Assembly: GCF_963921235.1 (NCBI RefSeq)
Contig: NC_086097.1
Span: 58,778,001-58,842,000 of the forward strand
DNA length: 64,000 nucleotides
Reading direction: 5' to 3'
Source: Mobula hypostoma
Lineage: Eukaryota
In this document: one piece after another, positions 12,306 through 26,253 of the stretch
Layout: the number at the start of each line of letters is the position of its first letter
Position numbering within the stretch: the stretch's first letter is position 1
Translations under genes and position numbers: made by a program
Notes under the pieces: generated by a model
Told to the model about the DNA's origin: nothing
Databases searched by the model: none
What the model saw: the letters and a program-made list of their open reading frames with translations, nothing else

Positions 12306-14079
12306 GGCTTATGTTTTGGTGAGGAACAGCAACCTGGACATTTTGCAGTGCCTCAACATACCGATGACTTCCCTTTGTGGAGGCACAAAGAATGAGTGAG
12401 TGCAAACTATTTAACCAATGGAAGCTGAGAATCATATGTCTTGCTCATTTTTTGTCAGTGTCGACACATACACTTTCCAGCAGGATTCACTAGATAGTTG
12501 CAAGGTGTAGGTACCTGAATTGTCTTATACAAAAAACACCAGAAGATTAAAAAAAACAGAAAACAGAGTTGATTAAATATCAAGGCCATCACAGTGCATT
12601 GCCATTATGTTAATTGTGCAATTTCAAATGAAGCACTATATACCAACTGATTATCGACAATCTATTATGTGCCAATTAGAAATAGATTCGGTGCACTTTT
12701 GTATTTTAAGGATTAAACTTGGATTATTTAAGACAGATTTTTACTGTTTACTTCATAATGCAAACACCTTGCTGATAGCTCAGATTAAGCATCAAAACTA
12801 TGTGAAAATCAAAACTGAATTTGAAAAAGAAAATTGATACATATTATTTCACAGTGATTGTGAACTCATCCGAAGAATAGGATATTTCAAAAGAGGTAGA
12901 TTGAGCTGGAGATTGAATCTTGTCAAATTTGAACCACTGACAATGGCCAATTTCACCTCCTATAATGTAAAAACCATTGCTGATTTTTTTTTGTGATAAA
13001 ATAACTAGTTAGCAGCTTGTAACAGATGTTCAGTATATTTTGGTCATTCTTTGTTCAGCTTACCATGTGAATATTTGAGGCTGAAATAGGACTCAGTTTT
13101 CTTCACATTTGCTGTTTGAAGAAACTCCTTCAAACCCAAAGATGACATCTCTGTGAAAATTTGCTGCACTTTAGTTTTGCATCAACAAGCAACCAGACAT
13201 GCACATGAATATTGTCGTCTGAAAGTGGCAATTTGTAGATGTGCTTTATCACAAAAGAACGAAAGAAAATAGAAAAGCTCACTTGGGTGGGTTGAAAATG
13301 ATAACCTCCACTTTTTGAAAGGAAGTAGGCTGGAGATTTTGTGCTCAATCTAAATCAGGTGAGGATTGGGTAATGTTCTCACTGCCCGTCTCATGCAGTG
13401 ATTTGGGTCTGGGCAATTTTTATTGTTGAGCCTGATTTATATCTGATTTGAGCCAGTGGCCAAGCACACTCCAGGTGACCAGCTTGCCAGCTGGGATCTG
13501 GGAAACTGAGTAAGACAACTCTCATAAAGCCTGTCCTTCAGGTATCTCAGGATATTCACTTAAAGCAGGGCTGTTTTTGCTGATATTTCATGGTTCTGTA
13601 AAGCAGCTGCAGACGTGACTCTCAGATTATTTAACGCAGCAGCAGAGCTGCTCATTGTTCAGGAGAACAGCAGGAAATAGATCCAGTTTCCTCCAAAGAC
13701 TGATGTTTACTGAGAGGAATTAATCAGGTTTTCAGAGAGAGGCAACAGAACAAGTCTGTGGCAATAGCATTGTACTCATTTCTCAGCTTCATACTACTTC
13801 TTGCCTCTTGTAACATCACTTGAAAGCACCTCTGGTTGTACCCATCCACAATGGCATCAGGTTCTACCCAGTCACAATATTTAGGTCCCTACCCTGACTC
13901 CGATTTGCCATGCTGATGAATATCAGTCAGAGCTGAATCAGCAGAAATTTCCTTCATGTAGACCTTTGGAAAATTTACTGTGACTCCAATCATTAGTTTG
14001 TTCCCTTTGATGGCTACTGACTTCCATTTTAACAGTGCTCCTTGATGCTATGCCTGTTCAAATTTGATGGGTGCAAGAA

Positions 14080-14822
14080 GAAAAGGAAATAAGAGCAGGG
14101 GTAGGATACCAGGCCCCTCAGATCTGCCTCACTATTCAATATGATGATGGCTAATCAATGGTAGCCTCAGTCCTGCTTCTGAATTATGGGAAAAATGGCA
14201 CAGAAAAGGGGTTGAGGCCAGAATTGCAAGCAGTACTCTAGCTGAAATCTGACTAATGGTTTATAAAGTTGCAGAATAATTTCCTTGATTTTTAAAATCT
14301 TGTATTCAATGCCCTAACTAATGAATTCCAGTTTTCCATACACCTTCTTAACCACATTATTTACCCATGTTGCCACCATTAAATATATTTGGTTCTGTAC
14401 TTCAAAGTCCCTCTGTTCTTCTACTTCTTTGGAGCCTACCGTCTATGGTGTATGTTCTAGTCTAATTCGTGCTCCTAAAATGCAAGACCTCACATTTTTC
14501 AAGATTAAACTCCATCTGTATTTTCTCAGTCCATTTCACTTGATTATTTCAAAAAATACAAGTGGTTCATTTGTGTCTTGATACTGTCACAATCACAGAG
14601 AAATAAATCTCTCTTGAAAGTGGTGCTTACCTCCTGTAAAATATGTATCAGTAATTATACAGTAGTTTAGGATTATCTTCCACAGTTTCAGCAACTCCAC
14701 CAATTTTGGTGTCATCTGTGAAATTATTGATCATACTTTGTGATCCACATCCAAATCATTCCTATATATTGCAAACAACAAGCATCTTAACAACTATCCT
14801 TGTGGAACACCACTAGTCACCT
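14080..14822 (-). mobile_element. Old CR1 fragments
   Basis: CR1-like 3' end at about 14090, and gtgactagtggtgttccacaagga (VTSGVPQG) on the minus strand at about 14800-14820. Confidence 0.6.
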
Positions 14823-14839
14823 AAAATGAAACAAATCTC

Positions 14840-15175
14840 TTGAAAGACCTCAACAGGTCAGATGCAGGGAAGGTGCTTCCCCGGTCGAGGAGTCTAGGAA
14901 CAACTGTTACTTTTTCAAAATAAATCTTTGGGTCACTTAGCACTGAATGAAGGACAGATTTCATCAATTTGGTGAATCCTTGCAATTTTTTACCTCAGGC
15001 ATTATATTTGTTCAAAACAGAAATTAATATATTCCGGTACATTAAGGAAATGAAGTGATATAGAGATAGTGCCAGAAATGATACTGAGGTAGACGAGCAG
15101 CCATAATCTGAAAGAATGAAGGAGGAGGCTAATGTACTAATGGCTTACTCCTGCTCCTAGTTTTTAATGCTCTTA
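14840..15175 (+). mobile_element. Old CR1 3' fragment
   Basis: Resembles the ORF2 C-terminus and 3'UTR (actcctgctccta..) of other CR1 copies in the window. Confidence 0.6.
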
Positions 15176-15764
15176 TACCGAACGAATTTAGCAATCTGTT
15201 TTGTTATCTGTTGGATTAATGTGTGGGAAAGAATTGGATATTCCTATCATCGCGGATCAACACTGTATCCTGAAAGTCTTTCATTTTTTACAGGAGATGA
15301 GCACCACTTACAAGAAAGGTTTATTTGTTTGTGATTGTGACAATATCAAGACCCGGATGAACCACTCATATTTTTGCAATAACCCAGTGGTTTTCATGGT
15401 TCTTTTTCTGCATTACCCCAGATACTACCAGATTTACAGAATCCAGTTTCATGGTGAGATTTAAACATATCATTTGGGTTGCTTGTGCTGAATGTTACAA
15501 AGTTTGAAATACTTTTGATTGTTTTACTGTTTAAGGAATATGCTTTAAGAAGCTTGCGTCATTCCTTCAATTGTTATCACTGACTTTTCTAGATATCCTA
15601 ATTCTTCGGTAGAACTTTCTAACTGATTTCTTTCTTTTCAATACACGTTTTTAAATAGGTTCATAATGGTCTAATGTAGCATGTTTTTTACTGTTTGAAT
15701 GCACTATTCCAACCAACGTCACATCTGCAAGCAATTTTAAATCTTGCAGCATGTTATTTAATCT

Positions 15765-16110
15765 GATAAAACTATGGGAGATATAGAGAGGGTAGATAGT
15801 CAGAGTCTTTTCCTCAGGGTGAAAATGACAAATGTTAAAAATAAGAGGTCTAACAGTGAAAAGGACAAAGATCTAAAGGAAATGGGTGAGGCAAAGTTTT
15901 AAATAGTGACTTGTAAGTACTTGGAACATGATATCAAGAGAGGTGTAGGAAGCAGATACATTGTCAACCTTGAGAAGCATTTAAACAAGCACATGAACAG
16001 ACAGGGAAATAGACCACGTCCAGGCAGCTGGGATTATGTAGATTGGTCTCCTGGTCAGCGCAGATATAATGGGCTGAAGAGTCTGATCCCGTGTTTATTG
16101 TTCTATACGT
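15765..16110 (+). mobile_element. Old CR1 3' fragment
   Basis: gatagtcagagtcttttcctcaggg..gaagcagatac..ttgttctat aligns with the 3' end of the CR1 at 52700-53016. Confidence 0.6.
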
Positions 16111-16149
16111 CTGTCCTGTTTAAACATCTCACAGCGAGCTGTTGATATC

Positions 16150-16250
16150 ACAAACAAGAGAAAATCTGCACATGCTGGCATCCAAAGTAACACACTCAAA
16201 ATGCTGGAGTAAACAGTCGACATTTCGGGCTGAGACCTCTCATCATTGGC
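16150..16250 (-). repeat. Penelope-derived terminal repeat with hammerhead remnant
   Basis: Reverse complement reads tgatgagaggtctcagcccgaaatgtcgact (16215-16245). Confidence 0.7.
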
Positions 16251-16839
16251 TGTTGATATACTCAGCCAACTTGTGTTTGTTGTGAGCACAACGGTTTGAT
16301 AAAAAACCTAATTTCCCCATTGGCGCTAGAGGTTTATCCCTTATTGATATAGCTGAGAAGAGAGGCACTTAAAATGCTGAGAAAGGGAGACATTTTTAGT
16401 TAGTCTCCTCCAGCATGGCAAAGGCCAGTCTTCAGCCCGTTCGAATCATTCCAGGTGATATAAGGAAACATCGAAGTGTATTGGACGCGGCAAACCTCTG
16501 GCATTAGTACTGTGAACTTTATCTCCAGAGATTGCCAGACCCATGGCCAAACTGTCCCGTAGAGCTACAATACAAATGTTAAGTTATATGAGAAGAAATT
16601 TATTCAAGTTATTTTCTGGGGACACTACCTGAATAACTTTCCCCAGACATATCAAAATGGAAGAGTTTCTCAACAAAAACTTCAGGTTATTTGTTTTGTT
16701 GCTTGTCTCAATGCCATGTGCCTACTAGTTTTATTGTGTCGAAGCCTCAGCATAATCTCAAGACTTGGGATTCTCATAGACACAGACTTCTTTTAGAAAA
16801 AAGGCTTAAACATAAAATCCAAAACCAAATCATGTACCA

Positions 16840-17000
16840 TAGATGCTGGAAACCTGAAATAAAACTTCAGAAAATGCTGGAAATACTTAGTTGGTCGAGG
16901 CACATCTGTGGAAAGAGAAACAATTAATATTTCTACTCAATGAACATTCATTAGTCCTCAGATGCTGTCTAATCTGCTACTTACAACATTTTGCTTTTAG
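16840..17000. repeat. Penelope-derived terminal repeat, inverted pair
   Basis: aaatgctggaaatacttag..cacatctgtggaaagag followed by cagatgctgtctaatctgct..acattttgc. Confidence 0.6.
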
Positions 17001-18616
17001 AAAAATATTAGCCTGATTATGTAAATTTATTTAATTATTTCCTTATTAAATACTCATTTCTCACGCAGTAAAGTATCCATTTCACGTCCTAAGAAATGAA
17101 GATGAAAACCAGAAAGATTACCAAAATTGATTTTGAGTGATTTCATTACTTTGCTTTTTATATTGTGGATTTAACTAATTACTTATCCTTTTTTTATTGA
17201 ACTCATGGCTTTGAATTCATTTGATACCTTCAGTGCTTATTCAGTTATTATTTATCATTGTCCTAAGCAGATGAAATTTCGGTAATCAAACACATTGCAA
17301 ATAATGTGTATGATTGACAGAGGAGACACTGACAATAGACTATGTTTTTACCCTGGTTTACCACAATATTGCTGAGGCTGACATGCTCCAGGTAATCAAA
17401 GCGTAGGCCATTTACAAATGAGCAAAGCACCATGAAAATTTTACGTTATTCTTCTGTTTTCTTATATCAGTATTCCTATTTATTCAATTAATTCAAGAAA
17501 GGATGGGCACTTCTAGCTTGATATCTGTAACCTCTGCTGGTCAATCCCTGCTCTTCACTCAGCACACTGTAATCCAAAAATGGTGTTGATGAAGTTCTTA
17601 CCAACATGTCCATTTATTGCATAAATGTTGCATTTGTTGCACTAATTGCAGTTAGAAACTGACTTCAATATTTCCACACTAACACAAGCCTTTTAAAATC
17701 ATAGTTAACTCTGCCACGCACTCTAAGGCATTCCTCGTTCCTTACCTGCTCGCATCTATTTCTTGGTACCACTATTGGTAAGCATGAGGTCAGCTATCAC
17801 ATGCTTGCTGATGAAACACAGATCTGCCATGCCATTTTCTCTGTCACTGCCACATTTGTAAGCAGTAATTGCTTACATTATGTGACATTAAAAACAATAT
17901 GGGCCACATCTTCTTTCATATGGGGCAAATTCTCATGGAGATTCTTCTTCTCATCCAGTGGCAGAGTCTGGAGAATCACAGATATCACTGTAAATGACTA
18001 GAAGTATGAGCAAGTCTATTTCTCTCCTCTCTACATGATACCTCTCTACCATCCATTCAGTTAAGGACTTGACCAAAGATAGTCCACTCACTGAATGAAC
18101 AGCCACAACAAAATTCAATGAATTCCTCAGTTTCCAAGGCAAAGTAGCCTGCACACTCTGCGTCTTTGCCATTGGGCCCTGTATTACTCTCCCATCATGG
18201 TTATTGCAACTGCACTTCTGCTGCTTGCAGAGGCTATTTTAACAACTGTTCTTTTTTCTCTGGTCTCTTCTGGGAAAAGAAAAGAACAGGAGTAGTAATG
18301 CTGTGGCAAAACTACCATCTTCAGCTTCTCCTGCTCTCACAGCACCCTGCCATCTTTTATGGTTAACATCCTGGAATTACCCATTTCAAATTTTTGAGGG
18401 AACATAACACAGGATGACTGCAGTGGTTCAGAATGAAGGGTCCTTGATACTGCGGCAGAATAAAGGCTGTTGTGCCTTGCCCGAGTTATCAGCACCCTGA
18501 GGACAACCTGTGTACTGGCCATTCACAATCATGAGAAACGACAAGATCAGCCAGGTTGTCCTGAGCTGCTGCTCCTTTCCTGAACCCCAGACAGGGAGTT
18601 TCAGTCATTGGGATGG

Positions 18617-20540
18617 AAGTCAAAACTAATGTAAAACCAAAGAGAGGGCATAAAACAGCACAAAAAATAGTGGTATGACAGAGGATTGGGAAGCTTTGAA
18701 AAACCTATAGAGAGAACCTAAGAGAATTATTAGGAGGGAAAAGATGAAATATGAAGGCAAGCTAACAAACAATATCAAAGTGGGTGGTAAAAGCTTTTTC
18801 AAGTATGTGAAAAATAAAAGACAATGAGAGTGGATATAGGACTACTAGAAAATGAGGCAAGAGAAATAATAACAGGGAACAAGGAGATGGCAGATGAACT
18901 AAATCAGTATTTTGCATCAGCCTTCACTGTGGAAGAGACTAGCAGTGTGCTAGATGCTGTTGAGTGTGAGGGAAGAGAAGTGAATGCAGTTACTATACAA
19001 GGGAGAAGGTGCTCAAAAAACTGAAAGACCTAAGGGTACATAAATCACCTGGACCAGATGAACTGCACCCTAGGGTTCTGAAAGAGGTAGCGTGAGAGAT
19101 TGTGGAGGCTTTAGTAATGATCTTTCAGAGGACTGGAAAATTGCAAATGTCACTCCACTCTTTGAGAAAGGAGGAAGACAGCAGAAGGGAAATTACAGAT
19201 CATTGGTTGGCAAGATGTTGGAGTCAATTGTAAAGATGAGGTTATGGAGTACTTGGTGATACAGGACAAGATAGGACAAAGTCAGCACAATTGCCTTAAG
19301 GGAAAATCTTGCCTGACGAACCTGTTGGAATTCCTTGAGGAGATTACAAGTAAGGTAGATAAAGAGGATGCAGTGGATGTTGTATATTTTGACTTTCAGA
19401 AGGCCTTTGACAAGGAGCCACACATGAGGCTGTTTACCAAGCTAAGAGCCCATGGTATTACAAGAAAGCTACTGGCATGGTTGGAGCATTAGCCGATTGA
19501 TAGGAGGCAGTGAGTGGCAATAAAAGGATCCTTTTCTGGTTGGCTGACAGTGACTAGTGGTGTTCTGCAGGGCTCGGTGTTGGGATTGCTTTTTTGTGCT
19601 GTAAATTGATGGTTTAGATGATGGAGTAGATGGCTTTGTTGCCAAGTTCACCAATGATACGAAGATCAGTGAAGGGGCAGGTGGTGTTGAGGAAACAGGA
19701 GAATGGACAAGAAAGCGGCAAATGAAACACAATGTTGGAAAATGCATGGTCATGCACTTTGGTAGAAGAAATAAATGTGCAGACAATTTTCTAAATGGGG
19801 AGAAAATCCAAAAATCTGAGATGCAAAGGGACATGGAAGTCCTTGTGCAGAGCACCCTAAAGATTAATTTGCAGGTAGAATTCATGGTGAGGAAGGCAAA
19901 TGCAATGTTAGCATTCATTTCAAGAGGTCTAGAATACAAGAGCAGGGATGTGATGCTGAGGCTTTATAAGGCACTGGTGAGGCCTCACCTCGAGTATTGT
20001 GAACAGTTCTGGGCTCCTCATCTGAGAAAAGATGTGCTGGTATTGGAACGGGTTCGTTCAGTGGAGTTGCATGAGGATGATTCCAGGAATGAAGGGATTA
20101 TCATATGAGGAATATTTGATAGTCCTGAGTCTGTACTCGCGGGAATTTAGAAGGATGAGGGAGGATCTTATTGAAACCTTTTGAATGTTGAAAGGACTTT
20201 ACAAAGTATATGTTGAAAGGATGTTTCCCATAGTGGGAGTTTCTAGGACAAGGGGGCACAGACTCAGGCTAGAGGGGTGTCCATTTAAAACAGAGATGTG
20301 GAGAAAATTCTTTAGCCAGAGGCTGGTGAATTTGTGGAATTTATTACCACAGGCAGCTGTAGAGTCCAGGACATTGGGTGTACTTAAGGCAGAGCTTGGT
20401 AAGTTCTTGATTGGGCATGGCATCAAAGGTTATGGGAAGAGGCTGGGCAGGGGTAAAAAAAGGATCAGTCATGATTAAATGGTGAAGAAGGCTTGAAGGG
20501 CCAAATGGCTTAAATCTACTCTATGTCTTATGGTCTTAGG
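18617..20540 (+). mobile_element. 5'-truncated, decayed CR1 LINE (RT to 3' tail)
   Basis: MADELNQYFASAFT, KGKSCLTNLLEF..DVVYFDFQKAFDK, LYKALVRPHLEYCEQFWAPHLRKD, FFSQRLVNLWNLLP; several frameshifts; tail ctatgtcttatggtctta. Confidence 0.92.
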
Positions 20541-21049
20541 GTTACCTCATTGGAATGTGTCAAGCTACTCTGCTGCCCCCAGCAGCACTGAGGTCTGTAC
20601 TCCTGTGGAGAGGAGTCATCTTTTGAAAAGCTGAGCTTCAATAGATTCTACATGTCCCATCCATACTGCAGTGGGGAAGCTGCAGGCTTCAAAGTCACAT
20701 CTGTATGTTGCCACATAATTTAAAGACTAACTTCAATGTTCTTTCATTCCATGTTCCTTGTGATTAGTGAATGACTCAGACCCACAACCCCCCAATACTA
20801 TCTAACTCTAATGACATGAAACATTTGAGTTGATGAGAATAATTGAGGACAATCTTTTCAGTGACTTTGGTGTGAATATCAGGAGACCAAGGCCAACCAT
20901 TTACTTGATTACATCCTTACATGCACATTCCTCACTAATACATTTAGTTCATAAAAATGATTTAATCATTGTAGTACATTTGGGTTATTGTTCTGTACTG
21001 GTGGAACATTACATATTTCACATGGAGTAGACACATCGAGGAAATTTAT

Positions 21050-21620
21050 CTGAAGCAGCAAACAATCTCCTGGAGGAACTCAGTGGGATGAGCAACATCA
21101 GTGGGGGCAGCGGATCTGTCAATATTCTGGGTTGGGACTCTGCATCAAGACTAAGATTGGCGAGGGGAGGTAGCCAGTATAAAGGGGAGGGGCAAACGGC
21201 TGTGATAGAAGGCTGAGGTGATAGGTGAACTGAGGATGGGCAAAGGATAATGGGCATTATGAACCAGGTGAGGAGCAGAGTTGAGACACCGAGGTGGATA
21301 TGTTGTGAATCGCGGCAGAGTGAGTAAAAGAAGGGGCAGATGGAGAAAGTTGGGGTGGAAGCGGAGGGTGAAAGTAGTGTTAGTTGCTGAAGGATGATAA
21401 GCGGGAACACAAATCCTATCAATGTTAAAATCTGATCCTTGAGGGAAGTGATCACGGGAACCATAGGAGGAGATGTGAATGGCAGATGGAAGCAGAACCA
21501 AATCGGGAGGGGGTGTGGTCTGTGAATGAACTATGTGCGTAGGATGGGGTGAAGGATAAAGGAGGATGGAAAAGAGACAGGAATGGTGGAGGATTGGAAG
21601 TGGGGTGGAAGAAGGAAGGA
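21050..21620 (-). repeat. Penelope-derived 3' region (pyrimidine-rich UTR plus degenerate hammerhead)
   Basis: Purine-rich on the plus strand; similar to the reverse complement of 35740-36230; minus strand reads agtcttgatgcagagtcccaacccagaatattgac. Confidence 0.6.
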
Positions 21621-22685
21621 AATCACATGGGGGTGGCAGTCTCAAACCATGGCATTTTAATTGTCTATGTAATTATGTCTCTAAGCCTCTTTGGGCCACT
21701 GATGTCCTGAGTTATTCACCTTCTAGAAAGCATTCTACTCTATCCATTCTGTGTGCAAGAAGGGTGATCTACATTTGCTTCCAATGAAATCCAATTGCAA
21801 TAATTTGGACATTGACTCATTTCTAATTGCTAACAGTGTGCTATGAGAGGAAAGCGCATTAGCATTGCTTCTGCAGAAAAGTTCTGTTTGGAGCAAATGT
21901 TTTGCTGAACATGGTAAAAAGAGACCTGGAGGACAATCTAATTAAAACTGTGAAGTCTTCCTTTCCTGCAGTGACCTTTCTGTTCTGCTGCTGACTCTGC
22001 CAAATCTTCTAGACAACTGTCAGCTAAGTGTGGAGCAAACTTGAAATATGGATTATCACCAATTGACAATCATACTAAACATTTCCCAGTTATCAGCTGC
22101 ATCAATCTTTATTAGACTTGGCTATTGACAGATTGCAATTCTTTGCCAAGTCCCTGTAGGATAACACAGATTATCAAGCAACTGACATAGAAAGCTATTT
22201 TGGGGTTACTTCTTCAGGTTACTGTTTTCTATTTCATTGCTTTAGAAATATGTAATCATGAGGGCAAAGTTATGGAAATAATCACAGGATAGATTCAAGT
22301 CCACTTTTATACAGTTTTCTTGCTTTGTGGCGATGGGACATTAGCGCATAAATCCTGAGGTTAAGCTTTACCTGCAGCTTAACTTCAGTTCTTCAGATAA
22401 ATATCTGGCCAACAGTTCATCAAATACTTACAGTATCTAACATGAGAGGAGACTGTAATGATGATGAGGCTACATTCATATCAGCCATGGTCATAATAAA
22501 TTGCAGATGAGGCTTGAGGGGCCATGAGGCCTAATGCTGCTCCTAACTCATATGTTCATATGTATACGAGTTAGATGTAAGGAAGTCCACATCAAATTAT
22601 ATTCTCTTAGGTCATAGGAGGAGCCTGGTCAGCCCATCAAGACTCCGAGCAATCCTCTTCCCCATTTATTTCCCTGTAACCTTTT

Positions 22686-22909
22686 GCATTTAACTTTATT
22701 GGACATGTGATTGGGAAAGAGGAATTAGAATGCAAGGGAAAAATTGAAGGGAAGAAAGCAAGAGGAAGGCAAAGACAAGTGATGATGGAGACAGCAGCCA
22801 GAGAATTGGAAATAAATACCAATGAACTGATCCACTTGACCCAAAACAGGACTGTGTGGGCCATGGCAGTCCAAGTCCAAACTGGGCATGGCACCTGATG
22901 ATGATGATG
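22686..22909 (+). mobile_element. RTE-clade LINE, 3' stub
   Basis: FIGHVIGKEELE..GKIEGKKARGRQR C-terminal motif; (TGA)n tail; 8-bp TSD AACCTTTT (22678-22685 and 22910-22917). Confidence 0.8.
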
Positions 22910-23759
22910 AACCTTTTTCAGGAAGCTACTGAATTCACAGCGAGGAATAATTGCTGAACCGATGGATCAAGAACGTATAGAAGAGGAAAGAGAGTAGGCC
23001 AGCTGGACCTACAAGCCTGCTCCACCACTCACTAAGATCAGGTTTATACAATTTTTGCTTCAACCTCATTTTCACACTCACTCCCGATACCTGTAATCTC
23101 CTTTGTATTTCAAGTGCCCTTCAATCCCTTTTTTCCTTTTTTTAAATTTTCAATCCATGCTGGCATTTTATCCACAATCACATATCTTTTAATTTTGCGC
23201 CTTGACCTCTTTTAACACAAGTCTTGTGAAAATCCAAACACTCCATTCATTGGTTTAACTCAATATTTAACCAATTACAGGCTATACCTGTTTACAAACA
23301 CCCATCATAAGACACACTCACATGCTAATAAGCTCCCATAAAAATAAATTCAGGAATCCAACATACATTAATTTGTTCCCATGAAGGGCAGAACTATTTT
23401 TTCCCTTTTTTTCTCTTATTCCCCACTTCTGGTAGATGTACTTTCTTATCAGTCTTATGTGCTTTTAATTCATTACAATACAATTCATTACAATACAGTG
23501 GAGATAGGATTATCACATTATGTGACATTTTTGTGTATTTTCTGACTTATGGACAAAAATTGACGAAAGGGAACTCTTTCATTTCTAGGGCCAGCCTGTA
23601 CATTCTTAAAAACTCTAGTAGGTCAGTCAAATGTGATTTCCATTTCATAAATTCTTCTTGACTTTATCTAATCACTTTGATATTTTCTAATTTTCCTTTT
23701 TCATATCCTTTATAACACACACTCTAAGAATTTCCAGCTGTTTATACAGGTTAAAGAAT

Positions 23760-23915
23760 TTTTAACAAAACATTCAAAATCCAGTAGGTCAGGCAACAAA
23801 TATGGAAGGAGACAAACAGTTGATATTTGTTTCCCTCCATAGATGCTGCCTGGTGAGTTACTCCGGCATTTTCTGTGTGTTGCTCAAGATTTCCAGCATC
23901 TACAGATCTCTTATG
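23760..23915. repeat. Penelope-derived terminal repeat, inverted pair
   Basis: cagtaggtcaggcaacaaatatggaagg followed by ccctccatagatgctgcctgg..ccggcatttt. Confidence 0.65.
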
Positions 23916-24025
23916 TAACCAATTTGTACTACTCTCATTTCTCCTCCTCTCCTGTTACATATGGTTCTTTGTCACCTGCTAATGTACAAGAATAGTCCAT
24001 AACCTGTAAAATTATAGATGAAAAC

Positions 24026-26149
24026 TGTAATGTATAGATCTATTTCTTTTAGAGCAATGACCTCCCCCTTAGCACCGTGTATTGATCTGTTGTCTGTGCA
24101 TGCACTGTTCCCTCACTCCTTCTGTCTCTTGTTCTCTCTCACTGCAATGTCAATGCACCGGTTAAAGCCATCTCCTGCATGAGTGCTTTTATTTAATTGA
24201 TATGTAGCTGTGTGTGTAAACACCATAAGTTGGCAATGAGTACAAACCTGAATGTCAGAAAATATCATGAAGTGCACCGATAGTTACGGAACGAAACAGC
24301 GAGACTTATACAGCATGAGAAAGCCGAAGGACCCGTGAGTAACAGTGAAAGATGCACTGAATTTAAAAAGAAAATAATGTGGTGATGGCTTCAGTTGGGA
24401 AAGATGATAATTTTGATAGCGCTGGGAGTCATATATCGAGAGAGTTGAATTGAATGTAACACAAACATGGAGGAGCAAAAGAAAACTCCTGTGTTCCTTA
24501 GTTTAGTGGTACAAGGATGTAAAGTCAATTACGCAACTTAATAACCCCTGAAAAGCCAGAAAGCAAGACGTTCGATGAAACTGTAACAATTTTACAAAAT
24601 TACTTGAGCCCTAAATCATAGGTAATAGCTAAGAAATTTAGATTTTACAGAAGGAACCAGTCAAAAGATGAAAGCATTTCTGAGTACTTCACAGAATTGT
24701 GCAAACCTTTCCGGAACTGTGACTTCAGTGATGGACTTAATGATGCATTAAGGGACAGGCTTGTATGTGGCATCCTTAGTCAAAGCATTCGAAAAAGGCT
24801 ACTGTCCAAAACAGAACTAACCTTAGAACGGGTATTGACCATTGCAATATTGTTAGAGACTGTAGCAAATGATACAGCAGAACTACTGAAAGGGAAGTTA
24901 GAATGTGAAATGCACAAAATGTCCCAGAATGGCGCAAAAGGCCAAAAGTGTTATCGATGTGACAAATCCTCTCATGATGCAGATGACTGTTCGTTTAAAC
25001 AAAAAGTCTGCAGAAACTGTCACAAACAAGGTTACATAGAGAGAATGTGCAAGACAGACAAAAAGCACAAGCAAGTGATAAGTCTCAAATACTAAACAAA
25101 ATAGATCGAATAAAGTTACCAAATATAAAACAGAATCAGACAACACAGAGTCTGACAAAGGTGAAGTGTCATGCCTAGAACTTAATAGTATTACTGAAGC
25201 AGATTGCAATATAACATGGATCACAATAGACGTGTCTGGTGTAAAACTGAACATAGAGCTGGATACAGGGTCAGCTTTGTCCATGATTCTAGAGTCTGAC
25301 AACAGACTGGTTTCTAAGATACCATTAGAAAAGATCTCAGTGATGCTAAAGCCCTACACAACTTTATGTGTTGAAAAGTGGAATGACAGCACTTTCTGAA
25401 TGAGAATGGTGGAGAAAAGGCACTGTTACACCATGGGAGTGGCTGTCATCACTATGGCAAAGAGGACGTATTGACTTTGCTGGGCTATTTATGGGCTCCA
25501 GGTTTCTGACTGCTGTGGATGCTCATTCAAAGTGGCCAGAGGTTATACCAATGAAGTCAACCACCTCAGCAAAGACTGTCTCTGCTCTGAGGACTATCAG
25601 AAATCTGAGATCTTGCATAGAGCTTCTGAAACCAGACTTCTGGAGGAAAGTATCAAACCTGATGCCACTCCACAAATCCAGAGGCGTAAGGAGAATGTGA
25701 TAATTGACAAGACACCTGCCAAACCTTCTGCCGCTCCACAGGTCAAGAGGTCCAGAGGTGCTATCCTGAAAGAAACAGAGCGTCACCCAAAAGACTGAAC
25801 TTTTAGAACTGTGAAGTTAGTTATGGACTGTTATTGTGAAAGCATGTTTATTTGGAATATGGGTTTATGAAAGGGAAATTGAACGTTATGTACATATACA
25901 GTTTTAAGTTGCATTAATCTAAAGGGGGAGGAAGTGGAATGTATGGATATATTTCTTTCAGAGTATTGAACCCCCACCCCTTAGCACTATGTATTGATTT
26001 ATTATCTATGTATGTGCACTGTTTTCTCTCTCTCTCACACACACACACTCTCTCTCAACCTCTCTCTACAATGTGAATACACCAGTAAGGCCATCTTTCA
26101 CGTATATGCTTTTTGTTTAATTGATATGTAGCTGTGCACAGACACAACA
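24026..26149 (+). mobile_element. Internally deleted Gypsy LTR retrotransposon with both LTRs
   Basis: LTRs 24026-24227 and 25935-26149; PBS-like tggcaatgag (24231-24240); PPT aaagggggaggaag. Gag LRDRLVCGI with zinc knuckle CYRCDKSSHDADDC; protease LDTGSA; integrase piece VDAHSKWPEVIPMKSTT. No RT or RNase H motifs seen. Confidence 0.88.
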
Positions 26150-26253
26150 ACAGCTATTATGTCTATGGCTAAATCCATGGGATGCAAATCACCAGGCCCT
26201 GGGGATCTATTAGTTCTCAGTTCTGCACTATCTTTTTACTGATGGCTATTTTA

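Noticed and set aside
17746..17990. Minus-strand exon (cttacctg donor) or Harbinger transposase relic
   Set aside because: The frames I read contain stops and the similarity is too faint to support either call.
21018..21645. 148- and 164-aa ORFs (and 35620-36135)
   Set aside because: Low-complexity Pro/Leu/Ser-rich frames arising from pyrimidine-rich Penelope UTR sequence.
22686..22909. RTE stub as the autonomous partner of the 53750 element
   Set aside because: The 3' ends do not visibly align and the tails differ ((TGA)n versus (CGA)n), so a partnership is unsupported.
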